Positions 53,489 through 64,000 of a stretch of DNA of 64,000 bases are shown piece after piece. Numbering within the stretch: position 1 is the stretch's first letter; each line of letters opens with the position of its first letter. The stretch is from Bugula neritina (Eukaryota > Animalia > Bryozoa), in assembly GCA_964035545.1 (NCBI GenBank), contig OZ037767.1, positions 22,088,628 to 22,152,627 of the forward strand, in the 5' to 3' direction. The notes beneath the pieces are model-generated. The model was not told the DNA's origin and did no database searches. It saw only the letters and a program-made list of their open reading frames with translations. The translations under genes and the position numbers were made by a program.

Positions 53489-56400
53489 AACAACCACAAA
53501 CACACACACAAATGCACACACACAAACACACACACAAATACAAGCACACACACAAACACACATACAAGCACACACACAAACACACACACAAACACATACA
53601 CAAACATACACACACACGCGCACACAAACACACATACAAACACACACACATGATGCAGTATGTATGTGAGTTAAAGGTCAGTGTTTAAAATTAAAAAAAT
53701 TTGCACACAAAACATTAAATATATCATTAAATAAATATTGCTATTCTACGATATGAAAAAAAACATAAATACTCCACATTACTCAAAAACAATACACTTT
53801 TTAAGAAATCATATAAAAAAGACATACCAAGTTAGATTCCAGCAAAGTCAAGGATATTCTGCTATTTAATGTACCCTCTAGATGGCATCTACATGGTGCC
53901 ACAGGCTCCCCAGGTTTCAACAGCATTGGGTAGGAGGGGGTGGACAAATACCCCATGTATTCCTGGATATTAAAACTGCTGCACATGGATTTAATAAGTT
54001 CTACAATCACATAACCAGATTATAAATGCGTGTGATGTTAGTTTATGCTAATTATGACACATATGTTATGTTTTGTCAAATTATACATGTAATATAATTA
54101 TGTATGCAAAGTTTCTCAGTACCCCGAGACAGTTTTATAAATAGTTTATGATGACATTTTATTATAATGCTTTACTTTTTAAGCAAATTAACAATTAGCA
54201 GCAAAATTATGTATTATATGTACCCTGATGTTCAACGGCAACTTATATTATGCAATTTTATATTTGACAGAGGAACGTGATGTTCCTGGCTCAAATGAAA
54301 ACTATAGTTGCATTTTTCAAAATTATCAGCACATCGGTTTTGAATCAAATTTCATAAAAACAACAAGTTCATGAATAATCTGAAAACTCTTACATGCAGC
54401 CTAAAACTTGGACTATAATATGATTTTAATCTTAACAGCCAAGATAAAGTCATAGTTAAAATGCACTGAGCTGTAATGTTGAAATTGAATACCATAAAAT
54501 ATCATAATTGTTCTACTGTTCTACTAAACTCTAAAGAGTTACTTATTACGTTTCCAAGCTTTGAATCATACTAATAGACTTTTTACAAGTATTTGGGAAA
54601 AAATGCATCAATTATTAAAACCACAATTATAAGTTAATGCAAACTGCAACCACAAATCTTATCTAAGAGCAGTAGTGGAGAAATTGAGATACCCTAAGTT
54701 TTTTAAAGTTCTATTTAAATTTTGGTTTGGAGCAAGAGTTGAATTTCTTGCGAGAACATAACTTCTTTTGCTACATTTCTGGTTTACAACACGTGCAGGC
54801 TTTTCTCAATTTCTCCATTACTGTACCTATCTTATAAATCTACCATGTGAGCATTCATTTGCATAATGTGAAGTCATGAAAACGCAGTGACTGCGTTTTA
54901 TAGTTACCTTGAGGTACGCAGGTGTATATCACACTAATCTGATACTGAGTAGATGTGGAACACCCTGTAGGGTTACGAGGCAGGAATGGTCTAGTTATAT
55001 ACTCTACAGGCACTACACAAGTTCTCTTGCCGGTACACTGGTCTATATGTTCTTTGTTTTTCTCTGTGGCTGGGTCCTGGGGCTTGGTCGGTGTGTTACG
55101 GCATCCGGTAGTTTTGTATAATATATCAGATACCTTTAAACATTGAATGTAATATAGGATGTAATATATCAGACACCTTAAAACATTAAGTGTAATATAG
55201 CATGTAATATATCAGACACCTTTAAACAATGAGTGTTATATATTACACAGGTACTTATAAATAGTTGAGTATAGGAATAGTAGAATTCAATGTTAAAGCT
55301 AATTCTTATATAAGTATATCAACAAATGGAAATAATGCAATTGAATGAAACTACAATCAAAATTTTAAAAAGAACATACAAAAACCAAACATTAAAGTTT
55401 TACACACAAACGTAGCACGAAAAGCGATTTATATTACATAGTATTATAATATATTCAACTTTTAATAGCCTTAAATCTGCAGTTATAATCGACTACAGCA
55501 GATTTCCTTTGCATTTCATTTTTCTTTGCAAAGCAGAGCAAAGACTTCTCAAGTAATTGTATTACGTTTAAATAAGTATTTGTAATGACTTGTATTAACT
55601 GTCAGCACTATAGCAGCATACTGCTTGAGCTCAGATTCAAAGTTTTCTTACATCTGTTGCAATGATTTAATTTCCCCTTTTATTCATGCATTTAGAATAG
55701 GATTTCAATCTTTAGGGACGTTAAATGATGATTGATTAGATGACATGAAACCTCATCACATCTCATGAGCATTACGATCACTAACAGATTTACTGCATTT
55801 GATTTGCATATAAATATTATGTCAAGTACTGTTTCTGTTTCAATCAATACTCTGTAGAGAAGTCTTGAACGCCAACTTTGTTTACGTCTTAAGGTCAAGC
55901 CAGTATAATCTCATACTATACTTAAATTGAAACTTCTAATAGAGGTTTGATGTGCTTCTTTAATCAAAAATGTGCCAAAAAAACCTGGAATTATTAGAGT
56001 ATATTATGCTTTTATTTAAAATTAGAAAAAATAGAACTTTGCTTTCAATTCTTTATTTAGTTGAAAAAAGAGTTATAATTGCATCACAAATTTACTTGGA
56101 AAAACATAAAAAACAATCATTGCTGTTATAGGACTTTAGGCTGATATAAAACATGTTTCTCTATAGCTTACTTATATAAATTAATAAATCCAAATTATGT
56201 ATAGTTCATGATTGATCAGTAAATTTATTATATGCAAAACTAAAGAAGTACCAAGTACTGCTAATTAGACTTTATATTGACAATATTCATATGCTCATCT
56301 AATTTAGTTTATAAGACTAAATAATTTTTTTCCAATGCAGCTGAATAATATTTCTAAACACTATCACACTGAACACTGAATCATTCAAGTCTGTTTGTTT

Positions 56401-59400
56401 CGAGTCACAACCAATGCAAGTAATTGGTGTCAGAACACGTACTACTTTCATCTTAAGTCATGCTAACAGGAGAAATGAATTCATGTACTTTTCTAAACAT
56501 TTATGTTCTTTAAATAGTATTGATGAATTTAATTCTACACAATTACTGCAACAACAACAAAATTACTGATTTTCTTTTAATCCTGTTTATTTCATTCCTC
56601 TTATTTTTTATCCATGTAAGTACTGTACCACATCATAATTGATGAGATACTGACATGTTACAACATGTTTTAGTGTAATGGAGGTTTCAGTTGCACTAAA
56701 GCCTAAATACTAAGTGTGTTATCCGTTATTTATTTGTTATGTGACATTAACCTTGATTTTATCTCCATGATCTCTACAGCTCAACTTCAAAGGGTTGATG
56801 AGAGATAAGGGAGGTCCTTGCTGAAACACTCCAACCACTGTGTATTCCTGCCCTGTAGAAATACAGAAACAGCTCTGGTAGTAGTAATACAATCAGTTGA
56901 TTACAGCATATATATAACTGGATACAGCGTTTGACTGCTAAGTATTTTGAACTCTATTTTTAGGCCAATCAAACTTACCTGTTTTAGCCTGTGCTTTACT
57001 ACTAAGTGAAATCAAAAAGACAATACCTTCAATTATAAGCTACTTTTAATTTACTAAAAAGAATTAAAATTATTCTTCTTACTATACTCTACCAACCGGA
57101 GTTATATTTCAAGTAAATTTGGTTAAAAGTACAAAAACAATCCAATTAAATAGTAATGTATATGCAGTAAACGTTTCACATGGTATTGTCACCTAACTAA
57201 TTATGGCTACTTTGGCACTAAACACATGTTTATAATATTATATTGTTTATGCTGAAAATAACATTATCATAATCTTATTGGAAGAATTAAAACTCCAGAT
57301 GCATATCTTATAAGCATGATATTTATTAAATTGATTTTCATTTTCTTGTGATAATATAGCTGTAGCAATTTACAACTAGAAACACATACGAAAGCAAAAA
57401 AATCAATAGATTTTCATATGTATATATAAAATGGATGAATGCAAAATATCAACATAGAAACAGTATGCTGATGCTGAAGTTAATTGCAAGGTTATTTTCC
57501 ATTTATGCTGCGAACATATTTATAACACTTAACATCTCAGTCTAAACTGACAGCTAGTGTACCTGGTTAACTAGTTTTATATCTGCAATTTTTACAAGAT
57601 GCCAAAAATAACTAAAGAACCTGTGAGCACCTTTTCATAATGTCACTTACATTATAAATTAAAGAACTGACACAATTCTATGCCCATTTCTAATAAAGTC
57701 AAATTATAGACCTGAATTTTATGTTTCAATAATTACTGATGACTAACATACTTATATAAATATCCTGCAATACTATTGTCCCATCATTGTATATAATTTA
57801 TAAAAAATTCTGGAATAGACGCAGCTATAATAAACACTGCATATTCATAGTTATATATTGATAAGTTGATTGATATATAGATTTATGTATTATAGCTATA
57901 TTGTGTTTATATTTTTTAATGTTTAGTAATGGTGAGGGGTAAGTTGAGCACTTAACCCTTATGAAAGCATTTTACCAAAACAGCTATTATAGAGCATGGA
58001 TTGACCAGGTCAATGTAAAGATGTTTTCCGGTTTATCGCAACTAAATGTTAATTTGATATGATAAAAAAGTGATATTTAAGTTATTCATTTGCCCAAATA
58101 CCATTAGAAAAGTTCAAGTTATTGTATGATATAATAATAAATTATAAATATTTAGCACTGTTACGGCACTGGTGCCTAAATTGAAACAATATTGGCATTC
58201 ATTTAATATGTAGTTGTAAATATATTATGCTAAAAGTCTATTACAGTCCTAATAGCATAAAGCCTAGAACTTTTATAGGATCAGATTACCTAGCACGTAA
58301 GCAAGAATGTGTGAATGAGGGTACTCTGCATGCTACAAGGTGTACTAATGGTACGTGAACCCTACCACCCTCTCTTTTAGTAATTCAGTAGTACATCATG
58401 CTAAGCTATGCAAAATAATGCTCACATTGATTGTTAAAAGCACATTTTGGACTTTAACTCTTGCTTTTTGCAAACTAACCAAAGTAGGTGAAATGACAGA
58501 TCAATGTGCTAGCTGCAAGCGTGTACTGATGATGTTAGGCATTAATATTGTCAAACGTATTATTTGCTGCTATTATCAATTTGATCAATATTATGCTTTG
58601 TGGCATTTGGTAAAAACAAAAGATGGGGAAATTGCACAATAGAAGTACTCGATTTTGACATGCTTCTTCTTTGTTTAAATAAATAACTGACTTATGTAAT
58701 AATTGATGACTGATGACTGATGACTGATGACTGCTGTTGCTGCTGCTGCCTGCTGCTACTGACATCTGCCTATCAACTACCACATTCAACAATTATTAGC
58801 TTAATTACTTTTTATGTCGAAAGAAATAAAACATGACTTTCCTAATCATGTGTTTATGATTTTAACATTTTAAATAGTGGGAAACTGACAGTCCTGAGAA
58901 ATATTTCACATAAATTATGCATGGATTAGAAAAGTACGTTGACAAAATGCAATATAAATTATAAAGTAAACCTAGTGGTTAAAACATCAAACTTTTGCTA
59001 GGGTGTGAACGCTAAAAAGCTTTTTAAAAAGTCCAGCTTAATTGGAAAGCAAAGCAAATAGAGCATTGCATGTATAGCTGTTGTGGTAGAATGTAGATGG
59101 ATATTTACGCTGTGTTCACCAGTAAATTTTGTTGCTCTATTCAATAATACATTTTCTATAAATTAGCCAGCACCACTTTTTAAGTATGTTATATTTTAGT
59201 AAGTGAACTATTATAACTATTTAAAAAATTCAATTTTTAAAATTTATAAACATGAGAACATTACTCCACCAGCCTAAAGGCATAGGAGCTACTAGCCAAT
59301 GGCCACCTCTTTACTATATTTCACTAACCAATCACTAGTTCTCTACCATTCTCATCTAATAGCTTGCTTATTAATAGGCATGGGTATTGATTAGCTTTAG

Positions 59401-61449
59401 AAATTTGCATTTAATTTAGCTTTGAGCAACATAGCCAAGCTCAATTATGTCATCCAAGCAGTTACAATATTCACTCATTGCCCATCTATACAGATTGACT
59501 GTTCCAATTACTGATTGGTAATTTGTAAGATAGGTAATTACTGTCCCTCTCTATTTAGAAGTTTAGTCTATAATTACTCTATTACCATCCTGCACACTGC
59601 AATGCCATCAGCGCATGAATCGTAAAATAACTTTTTTTTATAAAAGCTGTTGAGCTTGCTAATATTTTTAAAATTCAAATTCAAGTCACTAAGATTAACC
59701 TGGATGAAAATTTTCAGCTTTGACAAGCTGCATTCAAAAGTGTAAATGTTTAATTCACTGTCAGTTTGATCCAATGTATTAGAACAGCCATTTTTATTTG
59801 ATAACGACCATCAGAAAAAATGCACCTGGCAGCAATTGTCCATCAGGATAATTGAATGTGTTGTCAGCATAGTAATACAACTGTCAGCAATGATTAGTTA
59901 CTGACAGAGTCTTTAGCATCAACTGATGTCTCAAACCCAAGACTCTTGAAGCAACATAGTCTAAAATATTAGAAGGTATAGAGGACTGTGCCCTTAAAAA
60001 TAAAAATTTCAATTTAATGTCTAATTACCTAACTATTGTGGAAACTCCCAGCATTGTGTCAGGTGCCGAAACATACAGGTGTTCCTTGCATACTTTACAT
60101 ACTAGTTGGTTTATTAACCCACCACGCAGTATGCAAAGCATATCTAAATGTGATTATATATACACATTACACATAGTCTGTATTCAAGCTAATCAGCTCA
60201 AAGCAAAATAATAAAATATTTATTACTGTTGTTTATAGCCTACTATATGGTATGAGAAAGATAATTATTGCTAGTTCCTTTTTGTATGGGCTTGGATTGC
60301 TTTAAACTTAATAACAGCAACCTTCAGTAACCTGTAGCAACCTGTAGCAACCTGTGGTAATCTGCAGCAACCAATCAGAACTTTGGCAGGTTGTCTGTAC
60401 ATTGCTCAGGTATATCAGAGAAACTGTCAGTCAATTCACAGCAGAAAGAATACAACCTGATTTGTCTAAAGATAGGGTAAATAGTACGGCTGTATGACAA
60501 ACAAACTTTGAACTGATAATGCTCCTTTTATTTAACCTAATATTTCTCAAATTCAACTTTTGAAATGATTATCGAAACAAAGTATGTTTCAAACATGACG
60601 AATAAAGACTTTTGGTCCTATAATTGACTTGGTTGGTGTCTCAGGGGTAAGATTCCCTATAGCTTTTTAGCTTCAGAAGGCTTCCCTTCAAAGAACTAAT
60701 TAATTGCACCTCATTTAAACATCAAAGACTGGGCTTCACACTCAGACTCCCCTTAAGTGCCTGTGTCTGATAGCATTGATTCAATGACTGCAAATATTTT
60801 AAAGCATTGCTAGAAAGTTCTCTAACCCTGAGAGTAGCCAATAATACTATTTGTTACAAGGCGCTAAAAGTACCATGTATAATCTAAGTTTATGATTATA
60901 TTTAATCAAAGTTTTTTTTTCAAAATTTGGCTTATTATTATGCAAAACTAGACTCTATTAATATTAAGGCTAATGCAATTTAAAAATATTCACCGCATGA
61001 AACATTCAAAAAATAAATTGAAAACCATTGCTATGTCCTATGTGCCTTAGCTTTTTCAAAAACTTTCGTTATATACTTTGAGATTACTAATTGTATCTCA
61101 ACATATTAAGCCAACACTGAAACACATTTTATTGTGATACAACTTATTAATCTGCAAAATTTAACAATTATCTTGATTTTGAAAAACTGAAATACTAATT
61201 GAAACAAAACAAATACTAGCAGAAGTTTCACTGGCAAGAAAAGTGGAATTTCAAAATTTAAGTATCAAAATAAAAATTGTGGAGCTTTGATATTTTGGGC
61301 TAGAACTCTTATTATGCTGGTTAATTTACATAATACTTTATAGAGGAACATGCAAACTAATGAATTAGTTATAATGAAGATTTACCTTTAACTAAATAGA
61401 AGGTCAGCAGTAAAGACAAGACTGGAAGGTACTGACTCATGTTCTTCAT
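42076..61449 (-). CDS. Type I transmembrane receptor: signal peptide, SUEL/galactose-binding-lectin-like domain, CUB-like domain, TM, long disordered cytoplasmic tail (~819 aa)
   Basis: Phase-consistent exons: 61449-61386 (MKNMSQYLPVLSLLLTFYLVK); 57026-56979; 56852-56752 (...LKLSCRDHGDKIK); 55133-54908 (VSDILY...DQCTGKRTCVVPV...GCSTSTQYQISVIYTCVPQ); 54000-53828 (ELIKSMC...GYLSTPSYP...PCRCHLEG...ISLTLLE); 52763-52728; 51562-51498; 50120-50020 (...LVFES...AGSLWIQYS); 47802-47677 (AEEPNSMVTVSC...); 46994-46898 (TM RLILGIVAAMLFLLIIIAVVIITVK); 46540-46499; 45681-45566; 45114-44924; 44134-43926; 43573-43412; 43072-42869; 42574-42076. Total 2460 nt. The small exons are the least certain. Confidence 0.78.
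43616..43787. mobile_element. Hairpin (foldback) MITE-like repeat, copy 2
   Basis: gaatcattctataagcagctatgagttggggtgactga ... tcagtcacccccaaatcggagttgcttata. Self-complementary and homologous to 23048-23216. Confidence 0.7.
46362..46425. repeat. 9-bp tandem repeat
   Basis: (gt[ga]tcaaag)n, about 6-7 units. Confidence 0.75.
53205..53650. repeat. Compound (CA)n microsatellite with an internal higher-order duplication
   Basis: CA/CAAA/CATA repeats; the block caaacaaacaaccacaaac...caaatacaagcac... occurs twice. It explains six spurious ORFs. Confidence 0.95.
54670..54823. mobile_element. Short MITE-like repeat, copy 2
   Basis: CAGTAGTGGAGAAATTGAGA ... TCTCAATTTCTCCATTACTG form ~20-bp TIRs. Homologous to 27677-27828. 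Confidence 0.7.
55119..55243. repeat. 43-bp tandem repeat (~3 copies) spanning the splice acceptor of the lectin exon
   Basis: atatatcaga[t/c]acctt starts at 55121, 55164 and 55207. On the minus strand each copy reads ...aag|gt[ag]tctgatatat. Confidence 0.85.
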
Positions 61450-64000
61450 GACAGCGCCAAGTAGAAAGACAGAACTAAGTTTACCATTAGTTACAGAAAT
61501 ACTCTATTTAGCAGCATGTTGTCCTGAAGTTTAATTAACAAAGAGCCGTCATCAGGAAAAAGCCTACTTCACAATGCCAATAGTCAGGTTGAAATAAAAT
61601 GCAGTGTTGCCCACCCACCAGCTACAACTGTAAGTAAGTAATGCACGTAATTATTGGATAAGCGTGATGAATAGTCAGCGTAAAGGTATAGACTAAGATC
61701 AGGTTATTATTTTCTAGATATACCTATTTATAATACAGATTAGGTTTCTGCTTTTATTGATTATTTCTTAGTCTATGAACATAAACCTGTAATAGTTGAG
61801 TTGTCATAAATAACATAGATCATCAGAAAGACTTGTGTCAGCAAGTACTAGCTGGTATATATCATGTAATAGTTGAGCAAAGATAGGTCTAGCTAAGTTA
61901 TGCTATGAATTTGCGATTTTTCAAAAGTAATGCCAATAAATAAAGTTGTTGATATGTTTATATATTGAAATATAAGAAGTTTGTAAACCTATTGTACCGC
62001 TGCAACATCACTTCTATTAATTATTGTATGGGTTTATAAACAATTTGTTTTTTTAATATTTTAGAAAAGTGCTTCACAGTACTAGACATTTATGCTTTTT
62101 TTAGTTTTTTCTGCAGTTAAATTAATAAACGTGTGCCTAAAGTTGGACTCCATGAAGTTTCCAAAGAAGAACAAGGAAAAGAGTATTGTTTAGACTTTAG
62201 TATTATAAACTAAAAGCTTTCAGTGACATAGTGAGAGCAACTTAGTATATTTAGAAAATTCTTATCAAATTTTTTTTAAGCAATTAGGATTTGTACATCT
62301 TCTATGGATTTAAGAAAGAAAGTGTGCGTTGGAAATTTGCCGCTGTAACGTATAAAATCCTTGGAGATATACTAGGTTAAGCTTTTTTAAAGCAAATGAA
62401 GTAATTTTGATATCTATGAGTACAACTTGATATCAACAACTTGAGATTTGCAAGCATTTTATGAGTTTACGAGTATATAGGCTTTTAAGCAAATACTTGT
62501 TATTTAAAAAGTTGGAAAAACACTTTTGGGAAGTTTTTAAACTCGCTATGAGTTTATATTACTTGCGTCTATAACAGTCGTTAACACAGAACTTTAGTAA
62601 ACTTCAAACATCAAATCAGATTTGTATAATGTATGTGAAGGCAGCAATATATTCGCATATACACTGTAGTATAATACAATATGAAATATCAATGCTTCTG
62701 ACACGTCATATTAGTGACAATTTTTGTTATTGATTTTACTGTTTATATTTGCACCTAGACTGTTAGCACATCTATGACTTCATTGTTCTGCTGCACGCAC
62801 ACAGTAAACACTTGACAATATAAAATTATGATTTTCTACCTTATCATGTCAACACTAGGATTGATTGACAACATCGTAAAGACCTTGTCTCCATAGTTTG
62901 AATTAAGTTCCACTAAACTGCTATATTCCCCACAGCTTAGCTCCTAGCAGTTATAACATCTTTGTTATTTGGTAAAACAAATTTAAAGTGGAAAATTTTA
63001 TAATTACTTTTTATATTAATCTAAAAGTCATTAGAAAACTACAAAATGCAGTCCTCTGAATTGTCAGCAAATTATAGTTTAAATTAAAAGATTGTATGTT
63101 ATGAATATGAATAAAAAAATACACATATGTAGTCATATATACTACTATAACAAAAAAACTGTCAAGTTCTCATTTTATTGAAAAAAAACATTAAAAATGG
63201 TGAATTAATAGAATATGTTTTGTAGATTAATAGATATGTGACAAAAAAAACAATTTTGTTAATGTAAAATCCTTTACATTAAAAATAGTGTAAATGTTAG
63301 ACATATTAGTAAATAATTATTAACAAAAGTCCAATTGAGAAGAAAATATATGTCATTGATTGCATGCATGACTATATGCCAGTTACACTTTGAGTTGAAA
63401 TAACTGTATACCACCATATGCAAGTCATAAGCTATATTATGAAAACTATTAGGTGAAAACTTTCAGTCATTGCTTGAGGTTTACTGTTAATTGAACAGTC
63501 AAATTGACTACAAGTTCACTACACCATTATCTCTCAGCAGGATGAGCTGTTTACATCTCTAGATATAGCACTATGTTGTTTTATTACATATCTTATACCA
63601 TAACTGATTCTGAAGTACAATGTATGCTATAAATGACTGTGTGCGTGGCATTTATCTGCAGCTAATGCTAGGCTCAGTTTCAATCCAGCATACAATGCTA
63701 TAGAGTAGGTCTATATGTTATTTTAAAGCACAGCTATAAATTTTATATAAACACTTAAGTTCTATACATTATATTATAAACTAAGGTCATTTGGTGCGCA
63801 AAATTAAAATACATAGTATTCATAGAAAATGAATATTGAAAGAGACAAACTGTAAGTGAAACTGAAAAAATGCGTAAAAGTTTAATATTAGATTAAAATT
63901 TAAATTCCTTAAGCACAGCATAACACTAGAAAGTAAAACTCTAAGCATTAACTGTTTATGCTAAATCACAGACACATATACATATGTACACAAAACGCAG

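Noticed and set aside
53117-53688. Six overlapping long ORFs
   Set aside because: Translations of a compound (CA)n microsatellite inside an intron.
55480-55900. Possible decayed transposase-like stretch on the minus strand
   Set aside because: No continuous frame or diagnostic motif that I can support.
59574-59774. Minus-strand ECSLSKLKIF, like the hAT dimerisation motif ERSFSKLK
   Set aside because: Possibly a very old transposase fragment, but too short and degenerate, with no TIR or TSD found.

Overview
AT-rich, intron-rich animal genomic DNA; the domain content suggests an invertebrate, possibly a lophotrochozoan (inference). Most of the supplied ORF track is noise from introns, microsatellites and antisense shadows, so I rebuilt the genes by hand from GT-AG boundaries and exon phases. 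(1) 142-9692 (+): a tandem array of three paralogous small 4-exon genes, the first truncated by the window edge. Each encodes a ~190-206 aa protein: TRIM-like C3HC4 RING, charged helical segment, Trp-rich amphipathic C-terminal helix. I do not recognise this architecture and rank it the best novel-system candidate. (2) 10822-25554 (+): a 19-exon PEX6 peroxisomal AAA-ATPase (~1029 aa), with a decayed Sola2-type DNA transposon with ~940-bp TIRs in intron 11. (3) 32605-26328 (-): a 5-coding-exon, ~595 aa protein built like a type III transmembrane adaptor (short ectodomain, TM, CxC, long Pro/Ser-rich tail with YDVP and PxxPxK/R motifs). (4) 61449-42076 (-): a 17-exon, ~819 aa type I receptor (signal peptide, SUEL/Gal-lectin-like, CUB-like, TM, ~470 aa disordered tail). 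Also present: a non-autonomous hAT/Charlie element with an 8-bp TSD, several MITEs, tRNA-derived SINE heads, a 27-bp minisatellite, microsatellites, and two tandem repeats that multiply a splice acceptor. All gene models are manual and unverified by transcripts or database searches.
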